Position numbers and translations under genes: made by a program. 64,000 nt of DNA, from positions 603,198,001 through 603,262,000 of the forward strand of contig JBNRSN020000001.1 in NCBI GenBank assembly GCA_051313645.2, written 5' to 3'. Shown in pieces: positions 48,001 to 61,000 of this stretch (position 1 is the stretch's first letter; the number at the start of each line of letters is the position of its first letter). This DNA is from Centroscyllium fabricii (Eukaryota). The notes under the pieces are model-generated. The model did not search any database. It had not been told where the DNA came from and saw only the letters and a list, made by a program, of their open reading frames with translations.

Positions 48001-49116
48001 AGGGACGGCAAATCTGAGATTGGGGATAGTATACCAAGGGACAGTAAATCTGAGATTGGCGATAGTATACCACGGGACGGTGAATCGGAGATCGGGATAC
48101 TATACCAAGGGACGGTGAATCTGAGATCGGGGAGACTATGCCATGGGATGGTGAATCTGAGATTGGGGAGACTATACCAAGGGTCTGCAAATCGGAGAAT
48201 GGGGAGACTATACCAAGTAACGGTAAATCTGTGATTGGGGCGAGAAACACAAGGGATTGTGATTCAGAGATTGGGGAGACTATACCCAGGGACGGTGAAT
48301 CAGAGATTAGGGATACAATACCAAGGGATGGTGAATCGGAGATTGGGGAGACTAAACCAAGGAATTGTGAATCCAAAATTCAGGAGAGTAAAGCAAGGGT
48401 CGGTGAATCCGAAATTCAGGAGAGTATGCCAAGGGACGGTGAATCAGAGATTGGGGAGTCTATACCAAGGGTCGGTGAATCGGAGAGTGGGGAGACTGTA
48501 CCAAGGGACGGTGAATCTGAGATAGGGAATATTATACCAAGTGATGGTCAATATGAGATTGGGGACACTATACCAAGGGATGGTGAAACGGAGATTGGGA
48601 ATACTTTATCAAAGGACAATGAATCTGAGATTGGAATACTATATCAAGGGACGGTGAATCGGAGATTCAGGAGACTATAACAAGGGACGGTGAATCTGAG
48701 ACTCAGGAGACTATAACAAGGGACGGTGAATCTGTGATTGCGTAGACTACACCCAGGGACAGTGAATCGGAGATTGGGGATACTATAACAAGGGACGGTG
48801 AATCTGGATTGGGATGACTATTCCAAGAGATGGTGAATCTGAGTTTTGGAAGACTATACCAAGGGTCTGATAATCGAGATTGGGGAGAGCATATCAAGTA
48901 ACGGTGAATCTGAGATTGGGGAGAGAAACTCAAGGGTCTGTGATTCGGAGATTGGGGATACTGTACCAAGGGATGGTGAATCTGAGATTGGGGATAGTAT
49001 ATCAAGGGATGGTGTATCTGAGACTGGGGAGACTATACCCAGGAACAGTGAATCAGAGATTAGGGATACAATACCAAGGGATGGTGAATCGGAGATTGGG
49101 GAGACTAAAACAAGAG

Positions 49117-52100
49117 ATTGTGAATCCAAAATTCAGGAGACTAAACGAAGGGACGGTGAACACGAAAGCCAGGAGACTATACCAAGGGATGGTGAATCTG
49201 AGATTGGGGAGTCTATACCAAGCGATGGTCAATCGAAGATTGGGGGGACTATACCAAGGGTCAGAGATAGGGAATATTATACCAAGTGACGGTGAATATG
49301 AGATTGGGGACACTATACCAAGGGATGGTGAATCGGAGATTGGGGCGATTACAGCAAGGGACGGTGAATCATAGATTGCGTAGACTATACCAAGGGCCGG
49401 TGAATCGGAGATTGGGGAAACTAAAGCAAGGGACGGTGAATCTGAGATTGGTGCGAGAAACACAAGGGGTGGTGAATCTGAAATTGGGGACACTATACTA
49501 AGGGACGATGAATCTGAAATTGGGCAGATTATACCAAGGGACGGTGAATCGGAGATTGGGGAGACTATACCCAGGGACGGTGAATCGGAGATTAGGGATA
49601 CAATACCAAGGGATGGTGAATCGGAGATTGGGGAGACTAAAGCAAGGGATTGTGAATCCAAAATTCAGGAGAGTAAACCAAAGGGACGGTGAATCCAAAA
49701 TTCAGGAGACTATACCACGGGACGGTGAATCTGAGATTGGGAAGTCTATACCAAGGGTCGGTGAATCGGAGATTGGGGTGACTATACCAAGGGACGGTGA
49801 ATCTGAGATAGGGAATATTATACCAAATGACGGTGAATCTGAGATTGGGGACACTATACCAAGGGATGGTGAATCGGAGATTGGGGCGATTACAAGGGAT
49901 GGTGAATCGGAGATTGGGGCGAGTACAGCAAGGCATGGTTAATCGGAGATCACGTAGACTATATCAAGGGACGGTGAATCGGAGATTGAGAATACTACAC
50001 CAAGGGATGGTGAATCTGAGATTGGGAATACTATATCAAGGGACGATGAATTTGAGATTGGGATTACTACACCAAGGGATGGTGAATCTGAGATTGGGAA
50101 TACCATTAAAAGGGACGATAAATCTGACATTGGAATACTATATCAAGTGATTGTGAATCGGAGATTGGGGATACTATACCAAGGGACGGTGAATATTAGA
50201 CTGGGGAGACTATACCAAGGGACGGTGAATCTGAGATTGGGGAGACTACCAAGGGACAGTCAAACTGAGATTGGCAATAATATACCAAGGGACGGTGAAT
50301 CAGAGATTGGGGAAACTAAACCAAGGGACGGTGGATCTGAGATTGGGGATACTATACCAAGGGACGATTAATCTGAAATTTGGCAGATTATACCAAGGAA
50401 CGGTGAATCGGAGATTGGGGAGACTATACCCAGGGACGGTGAATCGGAGATTAGCGATATAATACCAAGGGATGGTGAATTGGAGATTGGGGAGACTAAA
50501 ACAAGAGATTGTGAATCCAAAATTCAGGAGACTAAACGAAGGGACGGTGAACACGAAAGCCAGGAGACTATACCAAGGGATGGTGAATCTGAGATTGGGG
50601 AGTCTATACCAAGGGATGGTCAATCGAAGATTGGGGGGACTATACCAAGGGTCGGAGATAGGGAATATTATACCAAGTGACGGTGAATATGAGATTGGGG
50701 ACACTATACCAAGGGATGGTGAATCGGAGATTGGGGCGATTACAGCAAGGGACGGTGAATCATAGATTGCGTAGACTATACCAAGGGCCGGTGAATCGGA
50801 GATTGGGGAATCTAAAGCAAGGGACGGTGAATCTGAGATTGGTGCGAGAAACACAAGGGGTGGTGAATCTGAAATTGGGGACACTATACTAAGGGACAAT
50901 GAATCTGAAATTGGGCAGATTATACCCAGGGACGGTGAATCGGAGATTAGGGATACAATACCAAGGGATGGTGAATCGGAGATTGGGGAGACTAAAGCAA
51001 GGGATTGTGAATCCAAAATTCAGGAGAGTAAACCAAGGGACGGTGAATCCAAAATTCAGGAGACTATACCACGGGACGGTGAATCTGAGATTGGGAAGTC
51101 TATACCAAGGGTCGGTGAATCGGAGATTGGGGTGACTATACCAAGGGACGGTGAATCTGAGATAGGGAATATTATACCAAATGACGGTGAATCTGAGATT
51201 GGGGACACTATACCAAGGGATGGTGAATCGGAGATTGGGGCGATTACAAGGGATGGTGAATCGGAGATTGCGTAGACTATACCAAGGGACGGTGAATCGG
51301 AGATTGGGAATACTACACCAAGGAATGGTGAATCAGATTGGGAATACCATATCAAAGGACAATGAATCTGAGATTGGGAATACTACACCAAGGGATGGTG
51401 AATCTGAGATTGGGAATACTATTAGAAGGGACGGTGAATATGAGATTGGGGACACTATACCAAGGGATGGTAAATCAGAGATTGGGGCGAGTACAGCAAG
51501 GCACGGTTAATCGGAGATCACGTAGACTATATCAAGGGACGGTGAATCGGAGATTGAGAATACTACACCAAGGGATGGTGAATCTGAGATTGGGATTACT
51601 ACACCAAGGGATGGTGAATCTGAGATTGGGATTACTACACCAAGGGATGGTGAATCTGAGATTGGGAATACTATATCAAGTGATTGTGAATCGGAGATTG
51701 GGGATACTATACCAAGGGATGGTGAATATGAGACTGGGGAGACTATACCAAGGGACGGTGAATCTGAGATTGGGGAGACTACCAAGGGACAGTCAAACTG
51801 AGATTGGCAATAATATACCAAGGGGCGGTGAATCAGAGATTGGGGATACTATACCAAGGGACGATGAATCTGAAATTTGGCAGATTATACCAAGGGACGG
51901 TGAATCAGAGATTGGAGAGACTATACCCAGGGACGGTGAATCGGAGATTAGGGATATAATACCAAGGGATGGTGAATCGGAGATTGGGGAGACTAAAGCA
52001 AGGGATTGTGAATCCAAAATTCAGGAGACTAAACGAAGGGACGGTGAACACGAAAGCCAGGAGACTATACCAAGGGATGGTGAATCTGAGATTGGGGAGT

Positions 52101-54916
52101 CTATACCAAGCGATGGTCAATCGAAGATTGGGGGGACTATACCAAGGGTCAGAGATAGGGAATATTATACCAAGTGACGGTGAATATGAGATTGGGGACA
52201 CTATACCAAGGGATGGTGAATCGGAGATTGGGGCGATTACAGCAAGGGACGGTGAATCATAGATTGCGTAGACTATACCAAGGGCCGGTGAATCGGAGAT
52301 TGGGGAAACTAAAGCAAGGGACGGTGAATCTGAGATTGGTGCGAGAAACACAAGGGGTGGTGAATCTGAAATTGGGGACACTATACTAAGGGACGATGAA
52401 TCTGAAATTGGGCAGATTATACCAAGGGACGGTGAATCGGAGATTGGGGAGACTATACCCAGGGACGGTGAATCGGAGATTAGGGATACAATACCAAGGG
52501 ATGGTGAATCGGAGATTGGGGAGACTAAAGCAAGGGATTGTGAATCCAAAATTCAGGAGAGTAAACCAAAGGGACGGTGAATCCAAAATTCAGGAGACTA
52601 TACCACGGGACGGTGAATCTGAGATTGGGAAGTCTATACCAAGGGTCGGTGAATCGGAGATTGGGGTGACTATACCAAGGGACGGTGAATCTGAGATAGG
52701 GAATATTATACCAAATGACGGTGAATCTGAGATTGGGGACACTATACCAAGGGATGGTGAATCGGAGATTGGGGCGATTACAAGGGATGGTGAATCGGAG
52801 ATTGGGGCGAGTACAGCAAGGCATGGTTAATCGGAGATCACGTAGACTATATCAAGGGACGGTGAATCGGAGATTGAGAATACTACACCAAGGGATGGTG
52901 AATCTGAGATTGGGAATACTATATCAAGGGACGATGAATTTGAGATTGGGATTACTACACCAAGGGATGGTGAATCTGAGATTGGGAATACCATTAAAAG
53001 GGACGATAAATCTGACATTGGAATACTATATCAAGTGATTGTGAATCGGAGATTGGGGATACTATACCAAGGGACGGTGAATATTAGACTGGGGAGACTA
53101 TACCAAGGGACGGTGAATCTGAGATTGGGGAGACTACCAAGGGACAGTCAAACTGAGATTGGCAATAATATACCAAGGGACGGTGAATCAGAGATTGGGG
53201 AAACTAAACCAAGGGACGGTGGATCTGAGATTGGGGATACTATACCAAGGGACGATTAATCTGAAATTTGGCAGATTATACCAAGGAACGGTGAATCGGA
53301 GATTGGGGAGACTATACCCAGGGACGGTGAATCGGAGATTAGCGATATAATACCAAGGGATGGTGAATTGGAGATTGGGGAGACTAAAACAAGAGATTGT
53401 GAATCCAAAATTCAGGAGACTAAACGAAGGGACGGTGAACACGAAAGCCAGGAGACTATACCAAGGGATGGTGAATCTGAGATTGGGGAGTCTATACCAA
53501 GGGATGGTCAATCGAAGATTGGGGGGACTATACCAAGGGTCGGAGATAGGGAATATTATACCAAGTGACGGTGAATATGAGATTGGGGACACTATACCAA
53601 GGGATGGTGAATCGGAGATTGGGGCGATTACAGCAAGGGACGGTGAATCATAGATTGCGTAGACTATACCAAGGGCCGGTGAATCGGAGATTGGGGAATC
53701 TAAAGCAAGGGACGGTGAATCTGAGATTGGTGCGAGAAACACAAGGGGTGGTGAATCTGAAATTGGGGACACTATACTAAGGGACAATGAATCTGAAATT
53801 GGGCAGATTATACCCAGGGACGGTGAATCGGAGATTAGGGATACAATACCAAGGGATGGTGAATCGGAGATTGGGGAGACTAAAGCAAGGGATTGTGAAT
53901 CCAAAATTCAGGAGAGTAAACCAAGGGACGGTGAATCCAAAATTCAGGAGACTATACCACGGGACGGTGAATCTGAGATTGGGAAGTCTATACCAAGGGT
54001 CGGTGAATCGGAGATTGGGGTGACTATACCAAGGGACGGTGAATCTGAGATAGGGAATATTATACCAAATGACGGTGAATCTGAGATTGGGGACACTATA
54101 CCAAGGGATGGTGAATCGGAGATTGGGGCGATTACAAGGGATGGTGAATCGGAGATTGCGTAGACTATACCAAGGGACGGTGAATCGGAGATTGGGAATA
54201 CTACACCAAGGAATGGTGAATCAGATTGGGAATACCATATCAAAGGACAATGAATCTGAGATTGGGAATACTACACCAAGGGATGGTGAATCTGAGATTG
54301 GGAATACTATTAGAAGGGACGGTGAATATGAGATTGGGGACACTATACCAAGGGATGGTAAATCAGAGATTGGGGCGAGTACAGCAAGGCACGGTTAATC
54401 GGAGATCACGTAGACTATATCAAGGGACGGTGAATCGGAGATTGAGAATACTACACCAAGGGATGGTGAATCTGAGATTGGGATTACTACACCAAGGGAT
54501 GGTGAATCTGAGATTGGGATTACTACACCAAGGGATGGTGAATCTGAGATTGGGAATACTATATCAAGTGATTGTGAATCGGAGATTGGGGATACTATAC
54601 CAAGGGATGGTGAATATGAGACTGGGGAGACTATACCAAGGGACGGTGAATCTGAGATTGGGGAGACTACCAAGGGACAGTCAAACTGAGATTGGCAATA
54701 ATATACCAAGGGGCGGTGAATCAGAGATTGGGGATACTATACCAAGGGACGATGAATCTGAAATTTGGCAGATTATACCAAGGGACGGTGAATCAGAGAT
54801 TGGAGAGACTATACCCAGGGACGGTGAATCGGAGATTAGGGATATAATACCAAGGGATGGTGAATCGGAGATTGGGGAGACTAAAGCAAGGGATTGTGAA
54901 TCCAAAATTCAGGAGA
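49117..54916. repeat. Tandem 2888-bp block duplication within the satellite (~49117-52028 and ~52005-54916)
   Basis: ORFs recur at exactly +2888 (49286/52174, 50300/53188, 51338/54226) with identical translations over the shared span. Confidence 0.92.
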
Positions 54917-55288
54917 GTAAACCAAGGGACGGTGAAACCGAAATTCAGGAGACTATACCAAGGGACGGTTAATCTGAGATAGGGAATATTCTACCAAATG
55001 ACGGTGAATATGAGATTGGGGACACTATACCAAGGGATGGTGAATTGGAGATTGGGGCGATTACAGCAAGGGATGATGAATCGGAGATTGCGTAGAGTCA
55101 GACTATATCAAGGGACAGTGAATCGGAGATTGAGAATACTACACCAAAGGATGGTGAATCTGAGATTGGGAATACTTTAATCAAAGGTCAATGAATCTGA
55201 GATTGGAATACTATATCAAGCGATTGTGAATCGGAGATTGGGGAGACTATACCCAGGGACGGTGAATCAGAGATTGGGGAGAATATAC

Positions 55289-55412
55289 CATAGAAACATA
55301 GAAGATAGGAGCAGGAGTAGGCCATTCGGCCCTTCGAGCCTGCTCTGCCATTCAATGAGATCATGGCTGATCATCCAAACCCAGCACCCCGTCCCCGCCC
55401 TATCCCCATATC
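55289..55412 (-). mobile_element. SINE/CR1 3' tail fragment in the satellite
   Basis: catagaaacatagaagataggagcaggagtaggcc...tatccccatatc. Confidence 0.8.
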
Positions 55413-57322
55413 AAGGGATGGTGAATCTGAGATCGGGAGACTATACCAAGGGACGGTGAATCCGAGATTCAGGAGACTATACCAAGGGACGGTGAATCTG
55501 AGATTGGGGAGGCTACAAAGGGATGGTGAATCTGAGATTTGGAATACTATATCAAGGGATTGTGAATCTGAGATTGGAATACTATATCAAGGGATTGTGA
55601 ATCTGAGATTGGGGATATTATAGCAAGGGACGGTGAATCTGAGATTTGGAATACTATATCAAGGGACAATGAATCTGAGATTGGAATACTATATCAAGGG
55701 ATTGTGAATCGGAGATTGGGGATACTATAGCAAGGGACGGTGAATATGAGATTGGGGAGACTATACCAACTGACGGTGCATCTGAGACTCAGGAGACGAT
55801 ACCAAGGGACGGTGAATCTGAGATTGGGTAGACTACAGCCAGAGACAGTGAATCGGAGATTGGGGATACTATACCAAGGGATGGTGAATCTGATATTGGG
55901 GAGGCTATACCCAGGGACGGTGAATCGGAGATTCGGGGACCTATAACAAGGGACGGTGAATCTGGATTGGGAAGACTATTCCAAGAGATGGTGAATCCGA
56001 GTTTTGGAAGACTATACCAAGGGTCTGAGAATCAAGATTGGGGAGACCTTAGCAAGCAACGGTGAGTCTGAGATTGGGGAGAGAAACTCAAGGGACTGTG
56101 ATTCAGAGATTGGGGATACTATACCAAGGGATGGTGAATCTGAGATTGGGGATAGTATATCAAGCGATGCTGAATCTGAGATTGGAGATAGTATATCAAG
56201 CGATGGTGAATCTGAGATTGGGGATACTGTACCAAGGGATGGTGAATCAGAGATTGGGGACACCATACCAAGGGACGGTGAATCTGAGATTGGGGATAAT
56301 ATATCAAGGGATGGTGAATCGGAGATTGGGAATGCTATATCAAGGGACAGTGAATCCGAGATTCAGGAGACTATACCAAGGGACGGTGAATCTGTGATTG
56401 CGTAGACTACACCCAGGGACAGTGAATCGGAGATTGGGGATACTATACCACGGGATGGTGAATCTGATATTGGGGAGGCTATACCCAGGGACGGTGAATC
56501 GGAGATTGGGGAAACTACAACAAGGGGCGGTGAATCTGGATTGGGACGACTGTTCCAAGAGATGGTGAATCCGAGTTTTGGAAGACTATACCAAGGGTCT
56601 GATAATCGGGATTGGGGAGACCATACCAAGTAACGGTGAATCTGAGATTTTGGAGAGAAACTCAAGGGTCTGTGATTCGGAGATACTATACCAAGCGATG
56701 GTGAATCGGAGCTTGGCGATAGTATAACAAGCGATGGTGAATCTGAGATTGGGGATACTGTACCAAGGGACGGTGAATCCGTAATCCAGGAGACTATACC
56801 AAGGGACGTGAATTTGAGATGGGGGCGACTATACCAAGGGACTGTGATTCGGACATTGGGGATACTATACCAAGGGATGGTGAATCTGAGACTGGGGAGA
56901 CTATACCAAAGGACTGTGAATCTAAGATTGGGGAGACTATACCCAGGGATGGTGAAACGGAGATTAGGGATACAATACCAAGGGATGGTGAATCGGAGAT
57001 TGGGGAGACTAAACCAAGAGATTGTGAATCCAAATTTCAGGAGACTAAACGAAGGGACGGTAAATCCGAAATCCAGGAGACTATACCAAGGGACAGTGAA
57101 TCTGAGATTGGGGAGTCTATACCAAGGGATGGTCAATCGGAGATTGGGGGGACTATACCACGTGTCGGTGCATCTGAGATAGGGAATATTATACCAAGTG
57201 ACGGTGAATATGAGATTGGGGACACTATACCAAGGGTACTACACCAAGGGATGGTGAATCTGAGATTGGGAATCCCATATCAAGCAACAATGAATCTGAG
57301 ATTGGGAATACTACACCAAGGG

Positions 57323-58021
57323 CCAGATGGCGGCGTGCATAGACGCAGCGGCTTTGCGTCTCCCAAGGAAATGATGTCCGCTGGTCCCCGTACTGGTTCT
57401 GAGCGTGGCCAGGCGCCGGTAACATCGAGGCCGTCGTGGCTGGAGCCTGCGTGGCCTGAGCATCGGGGCTGGAGCGTCGGGGCCCTCGTGGCCGGGCGCT
57501 AGGAGCTTCGGGGCCTGCGTGGCCTGAGCGTCGGGTCCGTCGTGGCCGGAGCATCAGGGCCAGGAGCATCGGGGCCTGCGTGGCCTGTGCGTCGGGGCCA
57601 GGAGCATCGGGGCCAGGAGCATCGGGGCCTGCGTGGCCTGTGCGTCGGGGCCAGGAGCATCGGGGCCAGGAGCATCGGGGCCTGCGTGGCCTGAGCATCG
57701 GGGCCAGGAGCGTCGGGGCCAGGAGCATCGGGGCCAGGAACATCGGGGCCTGCATGGCCTGAGCGTCGGGGCCAAGAGCATCGGGGCCTGCGTGGCCTGA
57801 GCGTCGGGGCCAGGAGCATCGGGGCCTGCGTGTCGGGGCCGTCGGGGCCTGAGCATCGGGACCATCGTGGCCGGTGCAGGGGGGCATTATGGACCAGACT
57901 GGGACTTACAGGAGAGGACATTTTAATATCTATTGTTTCTTTGGGAGATTGCATGTTTGCATTTCATTGTATTGTGTTCACTTTACAATGACAATAAATT
58001 GAATTGAATTGAATTGAATTG
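57323..58021 (+). mobile_element. Short non-autonomous retroelement with AGATGGCGGCG head, GC-rich 15/23-bp VNTR and TGACAATAAA-(TTGAA)n tail (copy 2)
   Basis: Clean insertion in a satellite unit with TSD AAGGG (57318-57322, 58022-58026); head and tail homologous to 458-913. Confidence 0.85.
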
Positions 58022-61000
58022 AAGGGATGGTGAATCTGAGATTGGGAATACTATTACAAGGGACTGTGTATGAGATTGGGGACACTATACCAAGGGATGG
58101 TAAATCGGAGATTGGGGCGAGTACAGCAAGGGACGGTGAATCGGAGATCACGTAGACAAATCAAGGGACAGTGAATCGGAGATTGAGAATACTACACCAA
58201 TGGATGGTGAATCTGAGATTGGGAATACTATTTCAAGGGACGATGAATCTGAGATTGGGATTACTGCACCAAGAAATGGTGAATCTGAGACTGGGAATAC
58301 TATTAAAAGGGACTATGAATCTGGCATTGGAATACTATATCAAGGGATTGTGAATCGGATTGGGGATACTATACCAAGGGACGGTGAATATGAGACTGGG
58401 GAGACTACCAAGGGACAGTCAAACTGAGATTGGCAATAATATACCAAGGGACGGTGAATCTAAGATTGGGGAAACTAAACTAAGGGACGGTGAATCTGAG
58501 ATTGGTGCGAGAAACACAAGGGGTGGTGAATCTGAGATTGTGGATACTTTACCAAGGGTCGATGAATCTGAAATTTGGCAGATTATACCAAGGGACGGTG
58601 AATCGGAGATTGGGCATACTTTACCAAGGGACGGTGAATATGAGACTGGGGAGACTATACCAAGGGACGGTGAATCAGAGATTCAGGAGACTACCAAGGG
58701 ACAGTCAAACCGAGATTGGCAATAATATACCAAGGGACGGTGAATCGGAGATTGGGGAGACTACACCCAGGGACAGTGAATCGGAGATTGGGGAAACTAA
58801 ATCAAGGGACGGTGAATCTGGATTGGGGAAACTATACCAAGAGACGGTGAATCCGAGTTTTGGAAGACTATACCAAGGGTCTGAGAATCGGAGATTGGGG
58901 AGACTATACCAAGTAACGGTGAATCTGAGATTGGGGAGAGAAACTCAAGGGACTGTGATTCGGAGATTGGGGATACTATACCAAGGAGTGATGAATCTGA
59001 GATTGGGGATACTATACCAAGGGATTGTGAATCGGAGACTGGGGATACTATACGAAGTGATGGTGAATCTGAGATTGGGGAGAGAAACTCAAGGGACTGT
59101 GATTCGGAGATTGGGGATACTATACCAAGGAGTGATGAATCTGAGATTGGGGATACTATACCAAGGGATTGTGAATCGGAGACTGGGGATACTATACGAA
59201 GTGATGGTGAATCTGAGATTGGGGAGACTACCAAGGGACAGTCAAACCGAGATTGGCAATATTATACCAAGGGACGGCGAATCTGGATTGGGGAGACTAT
59301 TCCAAGAGACGGTGAATCCGAGTTTTGGAAGACTGTACCAAGGGTCTGAGAAACAGAGATTGGGGAGACTATGCCAAGTAATGGTGAATCTGAGATTGGG
59401 GAGAGAAACTCAAGGGACTGTGAATCTGATATTGAGGAGATTATACCAAGGGACGCTGAATCTGAAATTGGGGAGACTATACCCAGGGATGGTGAATCGG
59501 AGATTGGGGAGGCTAAACCAAGTGATTGTGAATCCAGAATTCAGGAAACTAAATGAAGGGATGGGTAATCCAAAATTCAGGAGACTGTACCAAGGGACGG
59601 TGGATCTGAGATTGGGGTGTCTATACCAAGGGATGGTGAATCGGAGATTGGGAATACTATATCAAGGGATGATGAATCTGAGATTGGAATACTATATCAA
59701 GGGATTGTGAATCGGAGATTGGGGATACTATACCAACGGATGGTGAATATGAGATTGGGGAGACTATACCAAAGGACGGTGAATCGGAGATTGCGTAGAC
59801 TATACCAAGGGACGGTGAATCGGATATTGCGTAGACTATACCAAGGAACGGTGAATCGGAGATTGGGAATACCATATCAAGGGACAATGAATCTGAGATT
59901 GGGAATACTGCACCAAGGGATGGTGAATCTGAGATTGGGAATACTATTAGAAGGGACGGTGAATATGAGATTGGGGACACTATACCAAGGGATGGTGAAT
60001 CAGAGATTGGGAATACTACACCAAGGGATGGTGAATCTGAGATTGGGAATACCATATCAAGCGACAATGAATCTGAGATTGGGAATACTACACCAAGGGA
60101 TGGTGAATCTGAAATTGGGAATGCTATTACAAGGGACGGTGAATATGAGATTGGGGACACTATACCAAGGGATGGTGAATCGGAGATTGGGGCGAGTACA
60201 GCAAGGGACAGTGTATCGGAGATCGCGTAGACTATATCAAGGGATGGTGAATCGGAGATTGAGAATACTACACCAAGGGACAGTGAATCTGAGATTGGGA
60301 ATACTATATCAAGGGACAATGAATCTGACATTGGAATAACATATCAAGGGATTGTGGATCGAAGATTGGGGATACTATACCAAGGGACGGTGAATTAGAA
60401 ATTCAGGAGACTATACCAAGGGACGGTGAATCTGAGATTGGGGAGACTACCAAAGGACAGTCAAACCGAGATTGGCAATAATATACCAAGGGATGGTGAA
60501 TCTGAGATTGGGGAGACTACACCCAGGGACGGTGAATCGGGGATTGGGGATACTATACCAAGGGACGGTGAATCTGGATTGGGGAAACTATACCAAGGGA
60601 TGGTGAATCCGAGTTTTGGAAGACTTTCCCAAGGGTCTGAGAATCGGATATTGGGGAGACTATACCAAGGGACGGTGAATCTGAAATTGGGGAGACTATA
60701 CCAAGGGACAGTGAATCTGAGATTGGGGAGATTATACCAAGGGACGGTGAATCTGAGATTGGGGAGACTATACCACGGGACGGTGAATCCGAGTTTTGGA
60801 AGACAATACCAAGAGTCTGACAATCGGATAATGGGGAGACTATACCAAGAAACGGTGAATCTGAGATTGAGGAGAGAAACTCTAGGGACTGAGATTCGGA
60901 GATCGGGATACTATACCACGGTACAATGAATCTGAGATTAAGGAGACTATACCAAAGGACAATAAAACCGAGATTAGGAACAATATACCAAGGGATGGTG

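Noticed and set aside
57225-57954. Pro/Ala/Arg-rich ORFs, also at 474-792
   Set aside because: Stop-free GC-rich VNTRs; all frames cycle through the same peptides.
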